DNA from: Podarcis muralis
Lineage: Eukaryota
Length of the DNA stretch: 64,000 nucleotides
Assembly: GCF_964188315.1 (NCBI RefSeq)
Contig: NC_135657.1
Span: 76,818,001-76,882,000, forward strand
Direction: 5' to 3'
Shown here: positions 50,063 to 62,668 of the stretch, piece after piece
Layout of the letters: each line of letters begins with the position of its first letter
Position numbering within the stretch: position 1 is the first letter of the stretch
Notes under the pieces: model-generated
The model's input: the letters and a program-made list of their open reading frames with translations, nothing else
The model's database searches: none
What the model was told of the DNA's origin: nothing
Translations under genes and position numbers: made by a program

Positions 50063-51799
50063 CCAGCAGCTGAAGCGTTAATGTGCCTAGGGCATCCAAT
50101 ATACCCTCCCCTTTTCAAATTTGTTTCCCCCATGGATGATTTCAGATGTTTCTTTGACTTGGATGCCTAGTCCAGGGCTATTACTGCCAGTTCTTTCTCC
50201 TTGTGTACAGCTAGGCATAGCTCTAGCCTCCTTTTTGTCAGTGTCGTTGCAAATGAGATAAGAGTATATGGCCTCTGGGTTGATGAAGCACCAGACACCA
50301 GCTCCTTGAAAAGAAAAGAGGGGGAAAGAGGGAGAGACCCCAGTTCAAACTACTATGGCTTCAGATGATAATTAGACCATCTCCGGCAAGGTCCTGGGTG
50401 AACGTTTCTTTCTTTCTTTTTAATTGCACCTTCCCCTCCCCCCTTCAGTCCACCAGAAAAGAAAAGGTTGCATAGGTTTAATCACTGAGCTGAGAATAAG
50501 ATTACCCCATGTCGGAGCCTGAAAGGAACAGCAGTATTGCAGCTAAAATGTGTTCAGCATGCTAACAAGCCTTCAGCCTCAGTGCGCAGTGTCTGTGCAT
50601 ATAGACGACACAAGGAGCCTCAAGGAGTTGATGTTAAAAGGATTCTCACTTGGTGTTTCTCCCCATGCTGTTGATTAGATTTTAATTAGACCACTCTGCC
50701 GTAGTAGTCCAAATTATATCCCAGTTTATCCCTGGCTGATGTTCACAAGAGCGATATATCACGGGCAGTAAGTAAACAAATCTTTCAAAGTGACTGGAGG
50801 TGAAAACGGAAACCTAAATCTCAGAAGCAATTCACGTTGGATAAGCACAATTGATAGAAAGCATTTTATTGTTATTCTTACATTAAAATTCCTGAGTGAG
50901 ACAGTTGGCTGATTTTTATACGTGGAAATTATTGTACGTGCAGATCCAGAAATCTCAAAGCAGTTTACAGTCTTGCCCTAGCCAAGTTACTTTACACTAC
51001 TGGGAAGAAATGTATCATCTGGAACCATTTTAGAATGCCAGGGAGATTGCTTGTATGAAAAGCGTCAAGAGTTCCATGCATGTGGAAAGTTTACATGTCA
51101 GAAAGATTTTGACATGGACCACTTTCCAATAAGTGATTTGCACGCATGCACATACAGTGATCAATGGTGCCCACTTGTTTCTTCTTTGGCAATCACTCGT
51201 AGCCTGCTAGGAGATCTCTAGGAGGCTGGGCCAGTGAGAGGCCACAGAGGTGTGGCCAAGTTATTTTGGTTTTCTCCCCATCCTCCTCCCTTGCAAAAAT
51301 ACTTAAGCTGCAACACTTAAGCATTGCAGTTTTACAAATGGTTAGCACCTAACTAAACTGAAAAGTGTCTTACTTTGGTTCAGAAGGGGTCTGTATTGTC
51401 ACAGCTGCTTCTCTGCTGGGAGAAAAGTTATGTGTCCCTTGACCTGTTCTGGTTTTCTCCCTATCCTCATCCTTTGCAAAGAAACAGTGGACACTTAAAC
51501 ACTTCATTTTTTCAATACTAAGCATGTTAATTGTTTTGAGATGGAGGGGTGCCCATTTCTAAATGGGCTCATACCACAATAATGACATGTTGCTCAGAAG
51601 TAAGCCCTACTGAATTCCACAGGGTAAGTATGAATGTGGCTGCAGCCTGAATTGGATGCTCTTAAAGGTGACATGCAGGGTAGTTCAAAAGGAACCCCAT
51701 GAATTTCCAGACCAGTGGGAGATAATTATTCCTTTCCATCAGTTTATCCACTTCTTCAACCTTTTTCCCCTCTAGAGTGTAGAATAAGCTAGAGGGATA

Positions 51800-51900
51800 C
51801 TCAGTGGAGTAAGATTTGGGACAGCAGACTTAAAATCAGGCATGGAATTTACTGTGTAACTTGGGCCAGGTGCCATCTCTCAGCCTAATCTACCTCAAGA
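51800..51900 (+). mobile_element. Degenerate SINE fragment (MIR/Squam3-like)
   Basis: gtaacttgggccaggtgccatctctcagcctaatctacctcaag. Confidence 0.5.
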
Positions 51901-52723
51901 TGGCATGAATGTCATCTTGAGTTATTTAAAGAAAAAGTGGAATGGATATAAATATATTTATAAATAAGAAACAATAATACAGCCTCTCTACAGATTCCCT
52001 GCCCCTAATTTTTTTCGGGGGCTGGAATCACAAAAAACAGTTCGTCAAATAAAACTCAAATTTTAAAAAATGACGCACACCAAGGATATTCAGGCCTAAA
52101 AAAAATTGTAGAAGACATTGCATGAGCTTTCACTTGCAGAACCAGTTAATTGAATCTGGCCCTATGTGGTTGAAGAATTGCATCACAATATTCAGACAAG
52201 TGCGAATTTTGTGTGGCAGCTGTGTTTCAGCTCGCATATTATTGCAGGAACTGAAAATTAAGTAGATTTGCATTAAAATGCAAATCAAACCAATTTTCTC
52301 CCCCATCCCTAAGTCAGTAACATTGGAGCTCTTCATCCACCTTATCCCCCCTCAAGCCTGGCATCTTCCTTCAACTTAGAGATGTACGTTTTTCTCTTGC
52401 TGAGCTAATCTCTCTCCAAATCATTCCCACGAATGCTAAGTAGACCTACTAGTCCCAAAGGATCCCCTCCCCCCTCCTTCTGAACTTGGCATGTTTCTTA
52501 AGCTAAACATAAGTTTCAATGTCGCAAAGGTCTTCCCTTTCCCTCCACACCTTTTTGTTTTCCTTATTTGGTAAGCTTAGAAACATTTTAGTAGATGCTT
52601 GATTCTATCAACTTTTTAAAATGTCTATATTTACTAAGGTGCTGTGAAGTGCTCAGTGGTCCTTGCTTTGGCTCTTGCAGTAGCTCTGTAAAGATCCTAC
52701 TTCTCTTTGAATAAACACCCAAA

Positions 52724-53008
52724 CAGCGCTATCTTAAGCATATGCGGCGCCAGGGTGCAAAGATTCGCCTGGCACCCCGCTCCCCAGTTGCCCAGTCCCA
52801 GGCGCGCAGGAGGGCAAAGCCGGCCAGCCACTTCATCATCTCGCTGGCTCAGTTGCCCCCTTACTTGCGGTGCAGAGCTGCCCGCAGAGCTCCGACCGAC
52901 GGACTTCCCCGGACTCAACTCTCGGGCCCCGGACTCTTGGCCTGGTGCCCCTGAGAGCCTGGCGCCCAGGTGCCACACACCCTAGCACCTATGGATAAGA
53001 TGGCCCTG
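52724..53008. mobile_element. CpG-rich hAT-type MITE
   Basis: TIRs cagcgctatcttaagcata / tatggataagatggccctg; perfect 8-bp TSD cacccaaa (52716-52723, 53009-53016). Confidence 0.92.
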
Positions 53009-54809
53009 CACCCAAATCCCTCGAGGCACTTTGCCTCAGTTTGGGAGTTGGCCAACTCAAATTCTGACCTGGGGACTGATAGAGCAGTTGGGCTTTGAAT
53101 TCTTGAAAGACCAGGCTAAATCACAGGCTTTACCTAAGAAGAAACATCACACACACAAAAACTGGTTAAGTGAAGCAAATATTTATGGACCAGTGACAGC
53201 AAAGAGCACTGTAACACATTTTAGTACACTTTAGTATTAATGGCTTATTCACCTAACATCTGATCTTCCTCTCTCTAACTGGCAGGTGGAACAGCTATAA
53301 AAGTACAGGTCCCTTCTCCCTTGTCTTCCTTCCCACTGTGGAGATGCAACTCGTCATCTCAGGTGTCATGTTTGTGACAAATGCTGGAGGTTGATCATCA
53401 GCTTGGATTCCCTACTGGGCAAGAGGGCAGCACATATTGCAACATGTAGGAAGAGAGAGAGAATATGTGATTGTGGAGTTTAGGGAGCAAAAAATGTAAA
53501 TCTGCGCCACAACACCATAGCAATTCTCTCTCTCTTTTTACTATGTATTCAGATCCAGACTGTGCAAATAACAACTTTTCTGAAGTCACAGGTGTGGAAA
53601 TTGCATGTTATTTCCACACTATGGGAAATAATTGGATTATCATAGTGTAGCACTGTGCATATCAACCATTATTTGTTTTATCCTTCTGTTGGTACACAGA
53701 TCTATGGACGATCTGCAGTTCTGTTCAGCACAGAGAAGGAGCAGGGGGAAATACTGTTGATTATCACATAGTCTCCACCACTAATTGCATATTCGTTTCA
53801 ACAAATGGTTCCAGTTTTAGAATTTTGCAGTTATTTGATAACAAGAGCATGTCAATATTATCTTTTCTCCTTGCACAGTTCATTAATGCTGTCATTGTGT
53901 AGAGTTACACATAAGCCCCGCTGGAAACTGCACATAAATAAATCTAACGTGCTATTTAAAAATATGAAGTATGCTGCTATTTTTATCATCTAAAAAATAA
54001 ATAAATACCAAAAGGTCTAGCAGCATGTAAAATTAAATCTGCTGTTTGCAAATATTAAACCACAGTTTGGCACCGAAAATGGGGAAAGAAGAAATCTATA
54101 GATGTGTGATAAAATGAGGATTATTTCTAACCAATGAGCTTTCAATTTATTACTTAACTAAACAGGGCAATGAAGCATCCACATTTTACACCTGGAGCTA
54201 TCCTACTTTCAATTTTCTGTACTGCTGCTGGCATTAATCAGCTGAACTGTTAAAATCACCAGAGAAAAACAGATTAAATTGTTCTTTAAATAGATGATAA
54301 ATGTAGAATTCATATGCTAAAACATTTTGTGCCACACCCAGTAATATCACCTTCAGAAGGAGCTGCAGTCAAAAAAATCTCCATCCAGTTTCCAATTTGC
54401 CATTAGAATAAAAGCCACATTTTTTGTTGTATCATTGCTCTAGAGAACCAAGAGATTCCCAAATGGTGTTTTCTTTCAGCTATAGTGGTGTTAGTTGCCT
54501 AGAACGCATCCAGGATCCTACCCCATTTGTCCAGCACTTGTATTTTTATTTGTTTAGCTCCTTGGCATCAGGAACCAAAATTTTATTTTCTAGAAGCAGC
54601 ACAGAAATACTCTGATGGTTAAAAATCAACCATATCTAGCAAGCAATTTAATTAAACTCCCTTAAAAGGGAGGCGGAGGGAAGAGAGAAAGATTTTCCTA
54701 ACCGTAAACTATCACAGCAGAGATGATAATCAGATCTTTATTGTGCTGAGTTCATCACTGATATGTCAGCAATATGATGCTGCCTCTTTTCTTGAGCCCA
54801 GTGTGCTCA

Positions 54810-54890
54810 GAAGAGCTGGTCTGGATGTGGGAAACCTGAGTTCGAATCCAGACACAGACACACTTGAGCAAGTCACATTCTCTTAACCTA
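54810..54890 (+). mobile_element. tRNA-derived SINE head
   Basis: ctggatgtgggaaacctgagttcgaatcc (B-box) then cttgagcaagtcacattctcttaaccta. Confidence 0.55.
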
Positions 54891-55151
54891 ATGGACATTG
54901 CGGAGTTGTCATGAAGCTCTAAATGGCTCTCCGAAGCAGGAAGGTATTAGAACTGCTTCCAAATTTTCCCCAAAGTGAAATGTGATGTGAGTTAGGAGCT
55001 TCAAGTTTGGGAAAACATTCCAGGAATTATTAATGAGTTGTAGTGAAGAATGCTGCTCTCAAGACTATTTTCAAAACATACTAAGTGATATAAATCAATA
55101 AAAAAAGTTGTAAATCAAACATCAAAACTTGAGTAACTGAAATACAAAGAC

Positions 55152-55237
55152 AATATATTTTTTGTCCCTGATGTGGTGGTATCCCCAACTGCAGCATTCT
55201 CCGGGGACACCACCACATCAGGGACAAAAAATATATT
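55152..55237. repeat. Near-perfect hairpin, 35-bp arms, 16-nt loop (candidate pre-miRNA-like)
   Basis: Arms 55152-55186 and 55203-55237, single mismatch A55181/C55208. Confidence 0.95.
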
Positions 55238-57912
55238 ATGTGATCTTCCATACAGGGTAAAAAACTACTTTTGGAAATATAGTGGAATCTAGTGGAAGGT
55301 GTACCCTCATGTCCATGTTAATTGCTTCCAGGAAGAAATCTGTTTGCAACCCCAATTAGCTCAGGAAATCAAAGGAGTTTTGTGCTGTAATTTCACACGA
55401 CGAAATTGGGAGTGGTGCACTGGCATACAATTTTTTCCAACATGTAAAAGTCCTTCCCTGGTGGCTCCAAGCCATGTGGAAACATATAGTCCCACCTGAA
55501 TGAGCTGTGGTCCTTGTAAGCAGGGAGAGATAATGTAGGAACTGATGGGGAACATAAGAACTCACCCTTGGCATGGCCCTTTAAATACCTTCTCTGATGG
55601 CTTTAGCAACTTTTATCCACTGCTGGATTGGCATCGATATATCTGACTCCCAGGCATAAGAACAGTAGATCCAATTATTTGGCAATGTGTGCTTCACATC
55701 TATCAAAACTCTCATGTTTGTTTTTGCTTTTGCTTTAACTGTGATGGGTTTCCAATTGAGAGTCTGGCATGCCATTTTGGCAATGATACTCTTTGTCTAA
55801 AGATGGTATTTACAGCCTGCATTAGTATGAGATAATCACTGCTTGCTTGAATTGACAGCGGATCCCCACCTTGTTGCTGAGTCATATTTAGCCATCTGTA
55901 TATGTTTTATGGTGCCATTTATTATCTGTTTAGCTGCACCAGCAGGGTGCTACTATTCTGTTTTGTCAATATGCTGACTTTTACCATGTCTCAGTCTTAG
56001 GATGCAAGCACAATTGCAGAAAGTGTTGGAATAAACTTCTTGAAATCAATCCCCCCCCCCCCGACTCATGCAAAATCTTTCGTAGGTGTCTTGCTCATTA
56101 TTGATCTGTCATCATACATTTCTGCGTAACGCTTAACACTCCTGAGGTTCATTTCATTTTTGTGTTTAGTCTTCATTCATGGTCAGTTCCTGCTGTTCTC
56201 TGTACGTCTAAACTGTGTTGACTTTGCAGAATAAAATAACGTACAAGGGAAAATTGGCCATCAGCTGAACACCATAGGGGGTCAGGAGTCACTGCTCATC
56301 CTAGGTCAAACAACTTCAGATTACAGTCACTGGGGCTGGCAGTAAAGAATGTCTGTGCAAGCAGGATAATCATTAACAGTGTCCCTCCAGCATGGATTCC
56401 TTTGCCAAGCTGAACACAGGGTCAAAACAAGGCTCATGGAAATGCAACCCTTTCTCAAAAAGCTCAGATAAATAGCTTGGTTTATTGGGACTACAATTCC
56501 AAGCCAAATTCTGATTTTGTTAAACACCCTCCCCCCCCCCAAAAAAAACCCCATCACTGGGAAGACAACTGTGTCTTCAGTCTCTCTGTGTCTTCAATCC
56601 CCACCCCCACCTCCATCATCAATCTAAAAATCCCTCTTTCCTCTCCACCCCCACCTGCTTCCCTCCCCATCACCCTGCTCCTTACTCCCCCCCCCTGCTG
56701 TAACAAATGGTAGCAGGAGGAAGGGAGGAGGGTCTCTTCATATCTTCACCAGTAATGGTTGACATACGATTTCCCAAGTCCTGAAATCTATGTCAGATAA
56801 GAATTTTGGGCCCACAATTCTAGTCTTGTATTTGAATATCTAACTCAGAAACTAGACATATCATCACTATCTCTAGCTTAGAATAATAAACTAGACAGCT
56901 GAGTAGAAACAGACTGGAACCCTCAACTTCTTATTTTGAAGAGACAACCAATTATCTTCTTTATCTTATAAATTACGCAGGTTTCTTCTGCCATTTGAGG
57001 ATAGAAAAGGTTTTCTGTCACCAGCAGTGTACTGACATTTCAGATCTAATTGTATGTCTAGCAACCAACACTTCTCATAACCAGGACCATGGACATAGCC
57101 AGTATTTTTGTTAGGGGGCAGGCTTTTGGGGGGCGGCGGTGCAGAACCTCAGATTTGTATTGATTTGCATTTATTTTTATTGATTGGGAGGGCAGCATGC
57201 CCAGGGCAGAAGCAAAGACAGATATGCTAAACAGACCTGGAAGCAGAGGGTCAGGAATGCATGTCAGTATTCAGAAATGTACAGGATGCAGTACAACTAC
57301 ATCATATATACATTTCCATCATTTGGTAGGCAAATTTAGTTGCTGCTGAGGATACACTGGGTATCATTAGAAATTCTCTGAGACTAATTTGCCTGTTAAA
57401 ATATTAATTTTCCTACCCGACAGGCTGGCTGTGAAAAATCACATTAGATAAACACAGGAATACTGTGCCAGTCTCATATAACAACTAGGGGTTTTGGCAC
57501 CAGTTGGCACCAGATACAGTGTGTTAAATCAGTGATGCAATCTATGTTAGTGCTAAGATGGTAGTAACAGCCAAAACTGCCAGATACAACTCTGTAGAAA
57601 GTGAGTTGACAAGGAACACAACAGGTTTAAAGAAAGAGGCAAAAATGGAGATGACTCACCCACAGAAACAACCCTTAAAACCCCCCACAAAGTTTCAGCA
57701 CCAGAGTACAGTACCTGCTTTGATTCTTCAACCTTATTTCGTATGCCTTGTAGTGCTGTATTAGAGTCTAATAATGATGAAACTGTACAAATGAATACGA
57801 AACTGACCAGCCGCTTGCAGGAATTTGCCCATCTTTCCTTACGAACAATGCTATTGTAGCCACACCACCGCGAACCCGATGATGCTCTGTTAAAGCTGTG
57901 TGTAGATCTTTT

Positions 57913-57957
57913 TATTCATTCATTCATTCATTCATTCATTCATTCATTCATTCATTC
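57913..57957. repeat. (ATTC)n microsatellite
   Basis: About 11 units abutting a hAT end. Confidence 0.95.
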
Positions 57958-57960
57958 AAA

Positions 57961-58249
57961 CAGGCATGTCCAACTCCCAAGAGACTGTGATCTACTCCCA
58001 GCATTAAAAAAAAAACCTGGCAGTGATCTACCCATTGTGCAGAGATTCTACCCATTGTCATTGGAGGGAGGAGGAGCGTGGGTGGGGTGGGTGGATTGCC
58101 CAGAGTTGTTGAGCTTTTTGGGAGGCGGATTGCACAGAGTTTTTTAGCTTTCCCCCCATAGATTTTGTAACATAATAAGGATCCCAGGATCCACCAGGAT
58201 CCACTGGGGATCTACCGGTAGTTCACGATCTACTGGTTGGACATCCCTG
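57961..58249 (-). mobile_element. hAT non-autonomous transposon, same termini as 48468-48831
   Basis: The reverse complement begins cagggatgtccaaccagtagatc and ends ggtagatcactgccagg...gtagatcacagtctcttgggagttggacatgcctg. Confidence 0.88.
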
Positions 58250-59075
58250 ATTTAAAATATTTATATACCTCATTTCACGTAAGTACCAAAGCAGTGCACC
58301 ATAATAAAATACACTAAATTAACAAGAGGGGATTAGTGTCAAATAAATGCTTTGGTAAGGGGTTATGTCTTGAATTGGTGGAGGTACTAGTCATAGTTAA
58401 AGCTATGGTTTTCCCAGTAGTGATGTATGGAAGTGAAAGCTGGACCATAAAGAAGGCTGATCGCTGAAGAATTGATGCTTTTGAATTATGGTGTTGGAGG
58501 AGACTCTTGAGAGTCCCATGGACTGCAAGAAGATCAAATCTATCCATTCTTAAGGAAATCAGCCCTGAGTGCTCACTTGAAGGACAGACCGTGAAGCTGA
58601 GGCTCCAATACTTTGGCCACCTCGGGAGAAGAGAAGACTCCCTGGAAAAGACCCTGATGTTGGGAAAGATTGAGGGCACAAGGAGAAGGGGATGACAGAG
58701 GACGAGATAGTTGAAGCTACCAGCATGAGTTTGACCAAACTTCGGGAGGCAGTGGAAGACAGGAGTGCCTGGTGTGCTCTGGTCCATGGGGTCATGAAGA
58801 GTCGGACACGACTAAACGACTAAACAACAACAACAACTGGTCATATCTTGCTCGTAGGCAGGGTGGGAGAAACTGTTCCTCAAGGCAAGTGCCACCACTG
58901 CAGAGAATGCCTTATTCCTGGATGCCACCAGATGGACCATTGAAGGCTGTGGCACCACCAAGAGGTGCTCCCCTGAAGAATGGCCAAGTTAATATGCAAG
59001 AAGACACCGTCTTGGATACCCTGGTCCCAATTTGTTTAGGTCTTCATAAATGGTAAGCAAATCTATGGGCTTGGG
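58250..59075 (-). mobile_element. L2 3' fragment split by Bov-B
   Basis: Tail-like atttatatacctcattt at left; gtgccaccactg...gataccctggtcccaatttgtttaggtcttcata at right is the reverse of the L2 C-terminal coding region. Confidence 0.65.
58396..58836 (+). mobile_element. Bov-B (RTE) LINE, 5'-truncated
   Basis: VKAMVFPVVMYGSESWTIKKA...IDAFELWCWRRLLRVPWTARRSNLSILKEI...KLRLQYFGHL; ggagtcggacacgac end with (AAC)n tail; 9-bp TSD ctagtcata / ctggtcata. Confidence 0.97.
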
Positions 59076-60664
59076 AGGTTCATAAAACTGCTCTTCTTGC
59101 AAAAACATTTTTTAACTACTGGTGCCTGGGGAGATGAATCCTGAATTCTTAGAAGTAGTGGTTGAAGAAAAATGCTCACTAGCATGTGTGCTGTGCAGAT
59201 TAGTTTTTACAGTAATTGAGAGACCAGTCTACAAAGACACTCATATATTTTACAGTAGGCCATTTCAACTCTGCCGCTCCACACCTGTCTTTGGAGAAAA
59301 CTATTTTCATTACTCCAGTTGAATAATCAGATGATATTCTGAAATATAAGAATTATTGCTTCCTTCTCTTTGTAATATCAGTGTGTTTAAGGTTTTCTGA
59401 ATCAAAACCACACCTGTTTTCTTTTAAAATGCCCTGTCTTCTGAATTATATGCATTAAATGAAAATGAATGGAATTAATTAGGCTTTGCAAAAAAAATAT
59501 TCATAATAATAATCAATTATTATTTTTAGGGAAAGAATGATCTGCTTCTAAATGTTTCCTTTTTAAATGTAAGAGTAACCTATATTTCATATAGCACAGA
59601 AATGGATGAATTAGCTCATCATACTGTATCCATTATACCTTTTCAGCTAAATTATCTTTTTAATCTCTGGTCTTTACCAGAATTTTAATCTTTCCTTGTA
59701 ATACCTGAAGCCACATGTCTTCAATCATTTTTTCTCCCTTTCTTTCTCTGAGCTGTGTCTATATTTTGCAGTCTCGTTTTAAAAATGAGATGGGCCAACT
59801 CTGAAAATGGCATTCAAGGACATACGGTTATCATTGATTTATATTATGGCAGTATATTATTATCCATATTGTTCCCTCTTGCCTGCATTTATTACTTTTT
59901 GACTGTCATTATGTTCCCAGGAGACATCTTCATTCGCCAGTCCACCGTGACACCTAAAACTTGCTAGAAAGTCCAATATCTAACATTTCCCATATTTTTC
60001 AAGATCAAAAATGTGCTGCTTTTGCCCGGCACAGATCCAGGGCTGAGTAATCCTTTCATAGCCCAGAACGTTGAATCTGAAACCAAGTCTTCAGTGTTTA
60101 ATTAGAAACATATAAAACTACCTAGTTCACTTAAAGAGAAATAATACATGAAAGATGATAGTTTTAGATCCGCAATTATTTCATCATTCTACCAACCTTC
60201 AGCTAAGTCTTGCTGAGATTAAAGTGCTGTAACCTATAAATATGTCTTAGTTACAGCCATCCTGCTGATATATCTACATTTTAACCAAGTGACTAGAAAG
60301 GTTTTTCTTCCTCACACCTGACTTGCTCAGCCATAAATATACAAAGTAGCTTCAGGCAAAACATCTTTTGACCTCAGTTCACTTGTCTCCGAAACAGGAA
60401 CAAGTGGGGGAGTAGTTGTGACACCGAGTTCTGTCCCTCCATACCATCTGAATGAGATGAGGCTGTGCAGATCCTGGATCATTGTTTGAAGACCACAATT
60501 GGGTGGCTGAGGGCCTGCTCTAGATGAAGTCACACTCTCCTCTGCAGTAGTGGGTTCAGTTTTTACTGGGTGTGTGTGTGTGTTACTTTTTGGTTCAACA
60601 TTGTCACTGGACAAATCACTTGGCACCGTTTACAGGTAGGAAGTGAAAGGGCCCTTAGTTTATA

Positions 60665-60914
60665 CAGTCGCACGTTGGAATTCAAACGGCTTAGTTCCCA
60701 AATGTTTTGGCTCCCAAACAATCGAAAACCGGAAGTGAGAGTTCCAGTTTTCTAATGTTCTTTGGAAACCGAACGTCCGACATGACTTCTGTGGCTTCCG
60801 ATTGACTGCAGGAGCTTCCTGCAGCCAATCAGAAGCCGAGCTTTGGTTTCTGGATGTTCTGGAAGTCGAATGCACTTCTGGAACGGATTCCGTTCAACTT
60901 CTGAGGTACGACTG
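60665..60914. mobile_element. Tc1/mariner (Tigger-like) MITE
   Basis: TA|cagtcgcacgttggaattcaaacgg ... ccgttcaacttctgaggtacgactg|TA. Confidence 0.88.
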
Positions 60915-61189
60915 TACTGCAAAAGTCACCAGTGTGGTTCATGTACACCCACAGCAAACTTTCCTGGTACTCTCTCCTCCTCCCCCAAATTAAGTTTGAA
61001 ATAAGCATTCCTTTGAAGTCAACATAATGGGTCTTGTTTGCTTGCTTGACTAAAATAATTTCAAATCATTTGGGAGTCATGCCACTGAAACAACTTCTTT
61101 CCTCATCTTCCTCGGTTTCTACTCTGGGGTCTGTGACTGTGGGTCAGTAATTTAGAAGACATCTGAAGGAAGCCCTGTTTAGAGAAGCT

Positions 61190-61286
61190 TTTAATGTTTA
61201 ATAGGTTAATTTATTTTAGTGTTTTGTTGGAAGCTGCCCAGAGTGGCTAGGGAAACCCAGCCAGATGGATGGGGTATAAATAATAA
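61190..61286 (+). mobile_element. L2 3' tail
   Basis: ggaagctgcccagagtggctagggaaacccagccagatggatggggtataaataataaa. Confidence 0.8.
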
Positions 61287-61347
<61 letters not shown>

Positions 61348-61360
61348 ACTACTACTACTA
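61287..61360. repeat. (ATT)n then (ACT)n compound microsatellite seeded by the L2 tail
   Basis: Direct reading. Confidence 0.95.
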
Positions 61361-62325
61361 TTTGCTCATGGAGTAATGAGAACCAAAGTATATAGTCTGG
61401 GTTGAAGTAGAGTATTGGTAAATACCAGGCTCATATGCAGCCACATCCCTACTCGACTGGGCCAGACACCATCTCTCAGTCTACCCTACCTCTGAAGAAA
61501 TGTTGTGACAGAATGGAAAGTGGTGTGAAGAGAACCATGAACAATTTGGAGGAAGGGCAGGATATAAATGTACTAAAACAAATATAAAGTTACTTTGTTT
61601 TTGCTGGTTTTCCCCTTGGCTGCCAGGAAGGATAGTTTCACTTTGCTTGCAAAGTAGCCTGTTTATATTAGCCTTAATGGAAAATGCTATGACACCCATT
61701 CACATTACAGTCAGAGTATAATGGTAATATTCAGCATTGGTTATGAGATGTTATGAGTAATGGGCCTTGCCTAAATCCATTTTGTGCTGCTCCATTGACT
61801 TCAAATATGCTTTAGACAAACAGACGAGAGTCCTGCCAAGATTGTAAACGCCTCAGAAGCTGGCATGGATTTCTTTCTTCTTCTTCTTTGGCCAGACCCT
61901 GCTCACCCTCTGAAACTGTCAGTGCTGAGGACAAGACATGCAACTGAGACGATTCTAATGGAAACCCCTAGAGCTTAGAAATAATTTGTGTGCACTTTTA
62001 CAGCGGAGTATACCGCTTTTGGCTTCCCCCCCCTCCCCTGGAAAAAGAAACAAAATGCTAATTAGAAGCGCAACTATAGCAACAGTGAAAATTTTCTTAC
62101 CTATTATGTACATTGTGCAGTGTGCATAATACTTTGCATAGTTTAAGATCGCTGTACCCTGCCCCAAGGAAATTACCATCTCAAATTGGGTATGTTGAGG
62201 CTGTTGGAAGGGGAGCAATTTGCAGTTGTTCAGTGACACATGCTTACGTTTAGTTACAGACCGGGCTATAGTAGGGCTGGAAAAGCTATAGGGATTCTGT
62301 CAAAAGCCCCATGGAAATGGTGGAG

Positions 62326-62359
<34 letters not shown>
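62326..62359. repeat. (TGC)11 triplet repeat with one interruption
   Basis: tgctgctgctgctgttgctgctgctgctgctgct. Confidence 0.9.
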
Positions 62360-62668
62360 AAGTAAATATTTGAATGAGGTAAAAGATCAAAAGTCAAATG
62401 CCTCATCCTCTAATAAGAAAACCCTTAATGGAAAGATCCCCAAACTGTGGGTGTCTTCTCAACAAAGAAAACTAACACTAATAATACTAATAATTATTTT
62501 TACCAGATCTGCATCCTATATGCAGGACAAACTACAAATCTGTCTTAATTTGCTGAATTCTAGAAATCTTATAGAAAAAGGATTGCTATCCATTTTTATA
62601 AAGTTTTCATGGTTTTTGTTATCAGGTATTTGCCAAAGAAACTACAGAGAGTGGTCGAGCAACTTAAC

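Noticed and set aside
60327-60626. 99-aa minus ORF with a VKTEP SUMO-like motif
   Set aside because: It runs through a (CA)n tract, lacks a credible pyrimidine-tract acceptor and shows no recognisable family.
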